Shown: positions 23,943-36,700 of the stretch, one piece after another
Position numbering within the stretch: the stretch's first letter is position 1
How the letters are laid out: the number at the start of each line of letters is the position of its first letter
NCBI GenBank assembly: GCA_002269645.1
Contig: NIVC01000280.1
Coordinates: 248,001-312,000, forward strand
DNA from: Macrostomum lignano
Lineage: Eukaryota
DNA length: 64,000 nucleotides
Reading direction: 5' to 3'
Translations under genes and position numbers: made by a program
The notes under the pieces: model-generated
The model's database searches: none
What the model was told of the DNA's origin: nothing
The model's input: only the letters and a program-made list of their open reading frames with translations

Positions 23943-24688
23943 TGAGGGCGATTCTCAGGTCATTTAGGGCGATTCTCGGGTCATTTAGGGCGATTCTCGG
24001 GTCATTTAGGGCGATTCTCGGGTCATTTAGGGCGATTCTCGGGTCATTTAAGGGCGATTCTCGGGTCATTTAGGGCGATCCTCGGGTCATTTAGGGCGAT
24101 TCTCGGGTCATTTAGGGCGATTCTCGGGTCATTTAAGGGCGATTCTCGGGTCATTTAAGGGCGATTCTCGGGTCATTTAGGGCGATTCTCGGGTCATTTA
24201 AGGGCGATTCTCGGGTCATTTAAGGGCGATTTTCGGGTCATTTAGGGCGATTCTCGGGTCATTTAAGGGCGATTCTCGGGTCATGTAGGGCGATTCTCAG
24301 GTCATTTAGGGCGATTCTCAGGTCATTTAGGGCGATTCTCGGGTCATTTAGGGCGATTCTCGGGTCATTTAGGGCGATTCTCAGGTCATTTAGGGCGATT
24401 CTCGGGTCATTTAAGGGCGATTCTCGGGTCATTTAGGGCGATTCTCGGGTCATTTAAGGGCGATTCTCAGGTCATTTAGGGCGATTCTCAGGTCATTTAA
24501 GGGCGATTCTCAGGTCATTTAGGGCGATTCTCAGGTCATTTAAGGGCGATTCTCAGGTCATTTAGGGCGATTCTCGGGTCATTTAGGGCGATTCTCAGGT
24601 CATTTAAGGGCGATTCTCGGGTCATTTAGGGCGATTCTCGGGTCATTTAAGGGCGATTCTCAGGTCATTTAAGGGCGATTCTCAGGTG
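23943..24688. repeat. 21/22-bp repeat TTTA(A)GGGCGATTCTC(G/A)GGTCA
   Basis: About 35 copies. Confidence 0.95.
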
Positions 24689-25198
24689 ACTAAAACTATT
24701 AGAGAGCTTGCATTTCCTTCCAGTTCAAAAGCAACATTCCTCACACCCTAGCCGCAGCCGCAGCAAGCTGAATAAACACAGTTATGAATATGAGCAAGCA
24801 TCTACTGATGAACGAAATATGACAAAATTGAAGAAAAAATATTAAACATGAAGTGAATGACAGTGGAATAGGGAATGGTGTGGTTGGAGCTACAGCGCAT
24901 GATACCAACGGGGACCACAGGTTATCAATAACTCACTATCTTATACTTTTAAATCTTCCTTAGACATGTTAACAGACGTGTAGAAATTGCAATAACTTGC
25001 AGCCGGCAACATGACACAATCTGCAGTCTGAACTGCTGCAAGCATTCCATTGTTAATTGCAAGCAAAATTCATTTTGTTGCCAAAAACTTCGCTAAGTGA
25101 GCTGCTGACCCGGCTCACACGGCTTCAAATATTGCTACCGCAATGAAACACACTGGAATATGCAAAACTGGCAGATCGAAAAGAACTCGAAGGGTCTT

Positions 25199-25742
25199 GA
25201 AGAACCCTGAAGAACCTGAAAAACCCTGAAGAACCTGAAGAACCTGAAAAACCCTGAAGAACCTGAAGAACCTGAAAAACCCTGAAGAACCTGAAGAACC
25301 TGAAAAACCCTGAAGAACCTGAAGAACCCTGAAGAACCTGAAAAACCCTGAAGAACCCTGAGGATCCTTAAAGAACCCTGAAGAACCTGAAGAACCTGAA
25401 AAACCCTGAAGAACCTGAAGAACCTGAAAAACCCTGAAGAACCTGAAGAACCCTGAAGAACCCTGAAGAACCTGAAGAACCCTGAAGAACCTGAAAAACC
25501 CTGAAGAACCTGAAAAACCCTGAAGAACCTGAAGAACCCTGAAGAACCTGAAGAACCTGAAGAACCTGAAAAACCCTGAAGAACCTGAAGAACCCTGAAG
25601 AACCTGAAGAACCCTGAAGAACCTGAAGAACCCTGAAGAACCTGAAAAACCCTGAAGAACCCTAAAGAACCTGAAGAACCCTGAAGAACCTAAAACCCAC
25701 GAGAAACTCTGAAGAACTTTGCGGAACTCTGAAGAACCCTGG
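25199..25742. repeat. 9/10-bp mosaic repeat GAAGAACC(C)T / GAAAAACCCT
   Basis: Direct tandem copies. Confidence 0.9.
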
Positions 25743-25833
25743 ACCGCCTTAACGCCAAGTTATAAAACAAAGAGCAAAACTCATAAAACAAAGAGCAAAA
25801 TTGCATTCGCGAAGAGAAGAGCGACAGTTCCAG

Positions 25834-28800
25834 CTAGGCTGGCGAAGACTCCTTCGCATCGCTGTTGCCGCCTTTAGCGCAGTGGTGGCGCCGCTCGCGC
25901 ATGAAGACGCGGAAGCGGCCGGGGTCCGCCAGATCTGGCTGCACATGCAGCGTGTACTTTGACTCGCTCTCCATCTGTGCGACCATCTGGTGAGAGAGTG
26001 GAGGAATAAATATTATATGTTAAGACCCGATAAGCTCTTCTCGGTACTCGATAAGTAGATTGGCAGTTGGATAAGTAGATTGGCAATTGGATAAGTAGAT
26101 TGGCAGTTGGATAAGTAGATTGGCAGTTGGATAAGTAGATTGACAGTTGAATGAGTAGATTGGCAGTTGGATGAGTAGATTGGCAGTTGGATAAGTAGAT
26201 TGACAGTTGAATGAGTAGATTGGCAGTTGGATGAGTAGATTGGCATTTATATAAGTAAATTAGCAGATAGATGAGCCTATTGGTAGATGGATGGGAAGAT
26301 AAAAATTTCGTTTTATTTGTAAAATAATTTGCAGCACCACCACTGTCGAGTCTGGCTCACCTCATCCGTAATGCACACGGCAATGCTGGTTGGGCCATAG
26401 ACAAGCACCTGAGAGATCTTGTCGCCGTCAGCTTGAAACAGGCTGGTGATTCGGTTGAACAGTTCCTCGTAGGTGAGCTGGGACAGGTAGACTGGGTGGA
26501 ACACTGCAGTGGGCGGGATTGAGAACAGTGGGTTGTAGGACAAATCTCAGGCAGTGTGTAACTGGAGTCTCAGGCAGTGTGTGACTGGAGTCTCAGGCAG
26601 TGTGTGACTGGAGTCTCAGGCAGTGTGTGAGTGGAGTCGCAGGCAGTGTGTGAGTGGAGTCTCAGGCAGTGTGTGAGTGGAGTCTCAGGCAGTGTGTGAC
26701 TGGAGTCTCAGGCAGTGTGACTGGAGTCTCAGGCAGTGTGTGACTGGAGTCTCAGGCAGTGTGTGACTGGAGTCTCAGGCAGTGTGTGACTGGAATCTTA
26801 GGCAGTGTGTGACTGGAGTCTCAGGCAGTGTGTGACTGGAATCTCAGGCAGTGTGTGACTGGAGTCTCAGGCAATGTGTGACTGGAGTCTCAGGCAGTGT
26901 GTGACTGGAGTCTCAGGCAGTGTGTGACTGGAGTCTCAGGCAGTGTGTGACTGGAGTCTCAGGCAGTGTGACTGGATTCAGGCAGTGTGTGACTGGAGTC
27001 TCAGACAGTGTGTGACTGGAGTCTCAGGCAGTGTGTGTTGTTTATAGTATATAGCTCGTACTTTTAGTACTTTATATAGTAATTGTCAGATACATAATAT
27101 TGATTAATATTGTTAATACAAATAGCTGTGCGTATCCCTTTCTAGAAAGTTCAATAAATATTCAATACAGTATCGTACCGATATATCTATGGTTGTTAGT
27201 TCATATCGCAAATACGCTAATACTTTAAGTGCCCCCCCAAACTGCTCAATTTTTCATCTTGTGTATTTCTTTTTGTTCAAACTGATAAAATATACTTAAT
27301 TAAAAGAAGCAAACTTCAACAGGTTATGGGCCCAGCCGAGGCCACTGCGAGTACTTCGATGTACTAGATCATTCTGGTAATCTGGTTGTTCGTGCCATCT
27401 GGAAACTTGATCGCTCGGTCGATCAGTTACGTTGCTATGGCTGCAAGCGAAGAAAAATGGCACATAGAGAAGCTCACGAAGGACAATTGGATGACGTGGA
27501 AAATCCAAATGAAACATTGCTTAATCGCAAGAAGACTCTGGGGCATAGCTACCGGAGATGTTCTTCAGCAAGACGCAAATGAAGCACGACGCAATGAATT
27601 CAAGGAACAGCAACAGCGAGCAGCAGCAATATAGTTCTGTCTCTCAGCAGTGAGTACATCTACCTTGTGACTACATGCGATGATGATCCGAGGCAGATGT
27701 GGCAAATTTTATGTGGTCATTTCGAACGTGACTCGACTGCCAACAAGTTGTTTTTGAAGAAAAAACTATTTAGACTGCAGATGACTGATGGGACTCCAGT
27801 TCAGGAGCACATTCGCTGTCTGAAGGAGTTAACTGACAAGCTGGCGTCCATTAATGCTGCTGTGTCTGACGAAGACCAGGTTGTGATTCTTCTTAGCAGT
27901 CTACCTGACAGCTACAGTCATCTGGTTACGGCTCTGGAGACCCGAAAGGAAGAGGAGCTGACTTTGCTGACGGTTCAACAAGCACTGCTTAATGAAGAAA
28001 TGAAACGAAGTGAAACTATGAAATACGAATCCCGTGATTCGGAATCTGCTCTTCGTGTTGACAAATTTAAGGGACGCAGACCAATTAAGTGCTACACATG
28101 TGGCAAGGAAGGACACTTCAGTAGAGAGTGCAGGTTCAACGTGAGCAACAGGCAGCAAAACTCAAAATCGACTCTGCATAAAGCTAAAACTGCAGAAAGT
28201 ACGAGTCATTCGAATCCGAACCTGGACAACGAGATAGCCGATAGTGCCGCTACATTTCTTACCTCTGAAGAAACTGGTCCTCAGGACACAACTGCACGGT
28301 GGATAATTGACTCTGGTGCGACAAGACATATGACCTGTCAAAGGAATGCTCTAAAAGACTACACTGAATTCGATGAACCGGAAAATGTAGGGCTCGGAGA
28401 CGGGCGAACAGTTCAAGCTTACGGAACTGGACGAGTGAACATCGTCACGAGACTCCCTGGTGGTGAGCGTTCTAACGCAGTACTTGGATCTGTACTTTTC
28501 GTACCTAGACTAGCCTGCAATCTGTTCAGTGTACGTGCGGCTACACTTAAGAACAATGTCATTCAGTTTGGTCACACTAGGTGCTGGATTCGAAACCAAA
28601 CAGGGAAGCTAGTAGGCTTTGGAACACTAGTTGATCGATTGTACCAACTTGAGTGTGATGTAGATTGCAACTTAGCTACAGCTGCAGTAACGACTACAAA
28701 GTCAGAGCTCGAAACTGCCAATTTGTGGCATCATCGTCTAGGACATCTCCACAGAAATCAACTCGAACAACTATTCAAGAAAAGGTACGTCGAGGGTACT

Positions 28801-31800
28801 GACACTTCCATTGTGAGTGATATGAATTTCTGTGAAGCGTGCGTTGAAGGAAAGGCGCATCGAAAGAATCACAAATCAGTGGGAGAAATTCGCTCATCAG
28901 AAGTACTGCAACTTGTGCACAGTGACATTTGTGGACCAATGCAGACGCAGTCGTTTGGCGGGAATCGATTTTTTGCGACTTTCATCGATGACTTCTCTCG
29001 CATTGTGAAGGTCTATTTTCTGAAGACTAAGTCTGAAGTCTTCCAGAAGTTTAAGGAATTCGAAGCGCAGGTGACAAATGAGACTGAAAAAACAATAAAA
29101 GTTCTCCGAACTGATGGTGGAGGAGAGTACATGTCCAAGGAATTTTCTGCGTTTTTACTTGCAAAAGGAATTCGACACGAAATTTCGGTAGCCCACACAC
29201 CAGAACAGAACGGTGTTGCTGAAAGAATGAACCGTACTCTCATCGAACCTGCTAGAACAATGATAACTCATGCTGGTCTTAGCAATGCTTATTGGGCAGA
29301 AGCCATCAACACAGCTGCGTATATCCGCAACAGAGTCCCGACGAACTCGGTAGCGCCAATGATGACACCCTACGAAAGATGGTGTGGACGAAAGCCAAAC
29401 ATCTCACATCTTCGAACGTTTGGCTGTGTAGCTTATGCTCACATTCCTACAGTAGAGAGACAAAAACTTGATAAGAAGACTACCAAGCTAAGGTTCGTTG
29501 GCTACAGTGACAATCAAAAGGGCTACAGATTGTTTGACGAAAGAACTAGGAAAACAGTTGTTCGTTACGATGTCATCTTCAATGAGGGAGACTTCGGAAA
29601 GTTGAATGATTTCCAGCAGAACAATGAAAAGATAAATTCACATATGGAAGTCAACCTCGACGAGCACAACAGCCGAAAAACTCCGAATGAAGAAATTGAA
29701 ACTGAAATCCAACAAATTCTGCCAACGACCACGCGACAAAGGAAAACCCCAGAGCGTTTTCAATACAATGAGAACTTCGAAGTAGCTAGCCTAAGTACAA
29801 CAGAGCCACAACATCGTGCTTTTCGAGCCATGGAGATTTTGGAACCCAGATCGATTGACGAGGCTTGGAGTTGTGACAATGCGAAGGAATGGAAAGAAGC
29901 AACAGACTCGGAATACAACTCTCTGATAGAAAATGATACGTGGGAATTAGTTCCTCTTCCAGAAGGACGAAAGACTGTTGGCTGCAAGTGGGTATTCAAA
30001 GTGAAGCATGACAGCTGCGGAAACATTGAACGATTCAAAGGACGCCTGGTTGCCAAAGGGTATTCTCAACAACCTGGAGTGGATTATGACGAGACGTTTT
30101 CTTCTGTGGTAAGATTCTCATCAATCCGTACTATACTGGCATTCGCAACTCAACGAGAAATGCACATTCATCAAATGGATGTGGTCACTGCATTTCTAAA
30201 CGGACATTTAACAGAAGAAATCTTCATGGATCAACCACCCGGATACGTTAAATGCGACGAAGAGAATTTAGTCTGCAAGCTGAAAAGATCGCTATATGGT
30301 CTAAAGCAATCACCCCGGTGTTGGAACAAGGCCCTCTGTGATTACCTAATCTCGATTGGATTCAAGGAAAGTGGAGCAGACCCATGTGTGTTCACTCGCA
30401 AACTTGGAAACATGTCAATCATTGCGGTTTATGTTGACGACTGGTGATGGCTACTGATACTATGGATGAAATGCAGAGTATCAAGGAGGAATTCACTCGA
30501 CGATTCAAGATGAAAGATATGGGAGAGCTTCATTACTGTTTAGGAGTGACAATAGTGATTGACTCAGAGAGACGATTTCTTCAACTTCATCAGAAGCAAT
30601 ACATTATGCAACTACTGAAGAAGTTTAAAATGTTGGAAGCAAACCCAGCCACAACCCCAATGGATTCAAGCGTCAAGCTCGTTGAAAACGATGGCTACAG
30701 CAAATTCGTGGATCCAAAGGCCTATCAATCAATTGTAGGCAGCCTATTGTACGCAGCGATCGCTACACGGCCAGACATTGCTCAAGCAGTGGGAGCAGTA
30801 TCGAAATTCAATTCCAAACCAACTGAGGCTCATCTCACCGCTGCCAAGAGAATTCTTCGATACCTGAAAGGCTCATCGGACGTCGTTCTGAAATATGAGA
30901 AGTCTGGAAGTAACGAGATCATTGGCTACTCAGACGCTGATTGGGCGTCGGACTTGGATAGCAGACGCTCAGTCACTGGAAGTGTTTTCATTATGGCCGG
31001 TGGAGCAGTAACATGGTTAAGTCAAAAGCAAACCACGGTGGCGTTGTCAACGACAGAAGCTGAGTACATGGCCCTTGCGTCTGCGACACAGGAGGCAATA
31101 TGGCTTCGTCGACTTGTAAGCGATTTGGGTGCCAATGTCACTGGGTCAACTGTAATTAAGGAAGACAATCAAGGAGCCATTGCAATGTCAAAAAATCCGA
31201 TTCGACACAAGCGGACAAAGCATATTGACATCCGCTATCATTTTATTCGAGATGCTATTCAAGCTGGTACTGTGAAACTGGAATACTGTCCGACAAAGGA
31301 AATGCTGGCGGACATTCTAACAAAGCCAATTCCCAGGCATCAGTTTGAAAATCTGCGATCAATGCTTGGTATTAAGTGTATGGATATGAATTGAAGTAAC
31401 TGGAGTAACTGAAGTAACTAATGTCATTGTCATCCATTTTTAATATCAGAGACTACTGAGTAATCTACCGCGATTAACTTAAATCTTCCAATGATAAGTT
31501 TCTGACAATTAAGTGGGAGTGTTGTTTATAGTATATAGCTCGTACTTTTAGTACTTTATATAGTAATTGTCAGATACATAATATTGATTAATATTGTTAA
31601 TGCAAATAGCTGTGCGTATCCCTTTCTAGAAAGTTCAATAAATATTCAATACAGTATCGTACTGATATATCTATGGTTGTTAGTTCATATCGCAAATACG
31701 CTAATACTTTAAGTGCCCCCCCAAACTGCTCAATTTTTCATCTTGTGTATTTCTTTTTGTTCAAACTGATAAAATATACTTAATTAAAAGAAGCAAACTT

Positions 31801-33712
31801 CAACAGTGTGTGACTGGAGTCTCAGACAGTGTGTGACTGGAGTCTCAGGCAGTGTGTGACTGGAGTCTCAGGCAGTGTGTGACTGGAGTCTCAGGCAGTG
31901 TGTGACTGGAATCTTAGGCAGTGTGTGACTGGAGTCTCAGGCAGTGTGTGACTGGAATCTCAGGCAGTGTGTGACTGGAATCTCAGGCAGTGTGTGACTG
32001 GAGTCTCAGACAGTGTGTGATTGGGGTCTCAGGCAGTGTGTGACTGGAGTCTCAGGCAGTGTGTGACTGGAGTCTCAGGCAGTGTGTGACTGGATTCAGG
32101 CAGTGTGACACAAAGTGTACTATTGGCACAAAACGTGGCACCACTTGCACCGATCCTGGCTAACCAGTGTACCAAAAATATTTAGCTATTCGGGCCGAAA
32201 AGCCCGACTGTGGCGCCACCCAATCCGCCACACCTGGCCGCACAGAAAAGGTCGCTAAACAGGCTTATCTCAGCTGAGAATTTGCACACGGATTGGCTGG
32301 CCTGGGCCCATATAGGACACTCGTGGCCGCACAAGAAAGGCCAGCTTATCGGTCAAAGCCGGGGGCTGACGCAGACAAGAGAATAGTGAAATACTTGCAG
32401 ACAAACTATACAAGTCCGGCTGTTCGAGTTTGAAAAAAACAATTTTTCAAGTACAGACATAAACTTTAAATACCAAAAACAGTACAGTGAACTGAAGGTT
32501 GGTACATTTGTAAGAGTAAGGCGGTGAGGAGAGGAGTGGGAGTCGAGAGGGTTGGGGGCGAGTTAGGTAGAGGAACTCAGGCGGAGGGGAGTCAGGCGGA
32601 GGAAAGTCAGGCGGAGGGGAATCAGGCGGGAAGCAGTCCGGCGGAGGGGAGTCAGGCGGAGGGGAGTCAGGCGGAGGGGAGTCAGGCGGAGGGGAGTCGG
32701 GCGGAGGGGAGTCAGGCGGAGGGGAGTCAGGCGGAGGGGAGTCAGGCGGAGGGGAGTCAGGCGGAGGGGAGTCAGGCGGAGGGAGTCAGGCGGAGGGGAG
32801 TCGGGCGGAGGGAGTCAGGCGGAGGGGAGTCAGGCGGAGGGGAGTCAGGCGGAGGGGAGTCAGGCGGAGGGGAGTCAGGCGGAGGGGAGTCAGGCGGAGG
32901 GGAGTCGGGCGGAGGGGAGTCGGGCGGAGGGGAGTCAGGCGGAGGGGAGTCAGGCGGAGGGGAGTCAGGCGGAGGGGAGTCGGGCGGAGGAGTCGGGCGG
33001 AGGGGAGTCAGACGGAGGGGAGTCAGGAGGGGAGTCAGGCGGAGGGGAGTCAGGAGGGGAGTCAGGCGGAGGGGAGTCAGGCGGAGGGGAGTCAGGAGGG
33101 GAGTCAGGCGGAGGGGAGTCAGGCGGAGGGGAGTCAGGCGGAGGGGAGTCAGGCGGAGGGGAGTCAGGCGGAGGGGAGTCAGGCGGAGGGGAGTCAGGCG
33201 GAGGATAGTCAGGCGGGGAGCAGTCAGGAGGGGAGTTAGGCAGAGGGGAGTCAGGAGGAGGGGAGTCAGGCGGAAGGGAGTCAGGCGGAGGGGAGTCAGG
33301 CGGAGGGGAGTCAGGCTGCGGGGGGGTCAGGCGCAGGGGAGTCAGGCGGAGGGGAGTCAGGAGGGGAGTCAGGCGGAGGGGAGTCAGGCGGAGGGAGTCA
33401 GGCTGCGGGGGGGTCAGGCGCAGGGGAGTCAGGCCATGAGCTCACCGCTGTCAGTCTCCTGGCTGACGAAGAAGACCAGCCGGGAGCGGCAGGGGCGCTG
33501 CAGGATGGCGTTGGCCAGGCGGATGCCCTCCCCCACGCCGCAGATTTCGGTCAAGTCGTTGCGGGACAGCCGCAGCAGGTCGTAGCCGGAGAAGTTCTTG
33601 AAGACGCCAGTCAGCGTGTTGAACCGCTGGCGGCGCAGCCAGTCGGCCACCTGGCGGGGCGAGCAGTTCGCGGTCAGTTCCGTCACCGACGGCTCTGCTT
33701 GGCTCAGCGGCT

Positions 33713-33748
<36 letters not shown>

Positions 33749-36700
33749 TGGGCTCCAACTGAGGACTTCTCGGCGAGGCGGTCGAACCCGACAGCGGCGG
33801 GCTGGGCGCTGCGCCGTTGCTGACGATGACGCAGCGTGGACGGCCCGGCCCGCTGGGCAGGTGGCTGCCAGGGGCGAGTGTGGTCGAGCTGGCGAGTGAG
33901 GGATCGTTTAAAGATTGGTAGTTCGATGGGTAGATTGGTAGTTTGATGGGTAGATTGGTAGTTTGATGGGCCGATCGGTAGTTTGATGGGCCGATCGGTA
34001 GTTTGATGGGTAGATTGGTAGTTTGATGGGCCGATTGGTAGTTTGATGGGTAGATTGGTAGTTCGATGGGTAGATTGGTAGTTCGATGGGTAGATTGGTA
34101 GTTTGACGGGTAGATTGGTAGTTCGATGGGTAGATTGGCAGTTTGATGGTTAGATTGGTAGTTCGATGGGTAGATTGGTAGTTTGATGGGTAGATTGGTA
34201 GTTTGATGGGTAAATTGGTAGTTTGATGGGTAGATTGGTAGTTCGATGGGTAGATTGGTAGTTTGATGAGTCAATTTGGTAGCTTGATGGGTAGATTGGC
34301 AGTTGATGGGCAGATTGGCAGTTGATGGGCAGATTGGCAGTTGATGGGTAGATTGGCAGTTTGATGGGTAGATTGGCAGTTGATGGGCAGATTGGCAGTT
34401 GATGGGCAGATTGGCAGTTGATGGGCAGATTGGCAGTTGATGGGCAGATTGGCAGTTGATGGGCAGATTGGCAGTTGATGGGCAGATTGGCAGTTGATGG
34501 GCAGATTGGCAGTTGATGGGCAGATTGGCAGTTGGGTGGGCAGATTGGCAGAAATAACCGTTGGCTCACATAGCGATGGGTCCCTGCTGTCTCAGCTGCT
34601 TTGTCGGAGGCGCCGCAGTCTGCTGCTCAAGGGAGTCGGCCGCGGCCACCGTCAGGAAAGGCGTGTAGGGCAGCGGAGTCTGATACTTGCCGCCGTGGTC
34701 GCCGCGCCTCTCCATCTTCTCCCTGTCAGTTTGTGCTTCCTGTCGGCGCCCTTGGGCTTGAAGACTTTCACCTGGGCTGCGCAGGTGCACAGGTGCTCGC
34801 CGGTGACCTGGTCGGAGGTGTCAATCTGCAGGCGGAACGGGACGCCCTTCTCGCCGCCGTGCTTTCTGGCGGTGAATTCGGTGCTGACGCAGTGCAAACG
34901 GAGAAACAGTCCGCAGCCCGAGCCGGACACGGAGCTGGCGGTGAGCGGAGTGGGGGGCGGCGCCGGCTGCAGAATCATGGCGCACCTGACCGATGGCCTT
35001 CCATAATGTGTCAAATAAAGCCAAAAATATTCACAGAGTTACTGGGGATTTATTAAATAGCGCCTGAAATTCGTTTCTGAAGTTAAAAGTAAAAACGGCA
35101 AAATCTTTGTTAGAAATCCGACTGATCGAAAACTGCCTGAAACACTCGACTGGACCCCTGAAACACTCGACTGGACCCCTGAAACACACGACTGGACCCC
35201 TGAAACACACGACTGGACCCCTGAAACACACGACTCGACCCCTGAAACACACGACTGGACCCCTGAAACACACGACTGGACCCCTGAAACACACGACTGG
35301 ACCCCTGAAACACACGACTCGACCCCTGAAACACACGACTGGACCCCTGAAACAAACGACTGGACCCCTGAAACACACGACTGGACCCCTGAAACACACG
35401 ACTGGACCCCTGAAACAAACGACTGGACCCCTGAAACACACGACTGGACCCCTGAAACACACGACTGGACTTCTAAAATAAGACTGGACCCTTTAAAACA
35501 CACAAAGATCCTAAAAGAGAAGACACCCTGAAAACACAAACATGACCTTAAACAGTGAAACACACAACAGACCTCACTGAAACACACAACAGACCCCACT
35601 GAAACACACAACAGACCTCACTGAAACACACAACAGACCCCACTGAAACACACAACAGACCCACTGGAACACACAACAGACCCCACTGAAACACACAACA
35701 GACCCCACTGAAACACACAACAGACCCCACTGAAACACACAACAGACCCCACTGAAACACACAACAGACCTCACTGAAACACACAACAGACCCCACTGAA
35801 ACACACAACAGACCCACTGAAACACACAACAGACCCACTGAAACACACAACAGACCCCACTGAAACACACAACAGACCCACTGAAACACACAACAGACCC
35901 CACTGAAACACACAACAGACCCCACTGAAACACACAACAGACCCACTGAAACACACAACAGACCTCACTGAAACACACAACAGACCCCACTGAAACACAC
36001 AACAGACCCACTGAAACACACAACAGACCCCACTGAAACACACAACAGACCCCACTGAAACACACAACAGACCCCACTGAAACACACAACAGACACCACT
36101 GAAACACACAACAGACCTCACTGAAACACACAACGGACCCCACTGAAACACACAACAGACCCCACTGAAACACACAGCAGACCCCACTGAAACACACAAC
36201 AGACCTCACTGAAACACACAACGGACCCCACTGAAACACACAACAGACCCACTGGAACACACAACAGACCCCACTGAAACACACAACAGACACCACTGAA
36301 ACACACAACAGACCTACTGAAACACACAACAGACCCACTGAAACACACAACAGACCTACTGAAACACAACAGACCCACTGAAACACACAACAGACCCACT
36401 GAAACACACAACAGACCTACTGAAACACACAACAGACCCCACTGAAACACACAGCAGACCCCACTGAAACACACAACAGACCTCACTGAAACACACAACG
36501 GACCCCACTGAAACACACAATAGACCTCACTGAAACACACAACAGACCTCACTGAAACATAACAGACCTCACTGAAACACACAACAGACCTCACTGAAAC
36601 ACACAGCAGACCTCACTGAAACACACAACAAACACACAGCAGACCCCACTGAAACACAACAGACCCCACAGAAACACAACAGACCTCACTGAAACACACA

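Larger units (their letters stand above)
27036..31805 (+). mobile_element. Full-length Ty1/copia LTR retrotransposon, antisense in a TFCP2 intron
   Basis: 286-bp LTRs (TGTTG...CAACA) at 27036-27321 and 31520-31805, 5-bp TSD GTGTG, PBS 27322-27335, PPT AAGTGGGAG 31511-31519, domain order gag-PR-IN-RT-RH. Confidence 0.97.
26547..32108. repeat. 23-bp repeat GTGTGTGACTGGAGTCTCAGGCA, split by the copia element
   Basis: Same unit at 26547-27035 and 31806-32108. Confidence 0.93.

Noticed and set aside
23943-24688. Interstitial telomeric repeat (TTAGGG occurs in many units)
   Set aside because: At most one hexamer per 21-bp unit and never tandem (TTAGGG)n; many units carry TTAAGGG instead.
27625-30447. 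Programmed ribosomal frameshifts in the copia ORF
   Set aside because: The breaks fall in the gag N-terminus and inside the RT YVDD motif, not at a gag/pol boundary; both look like plain single-base deletions.
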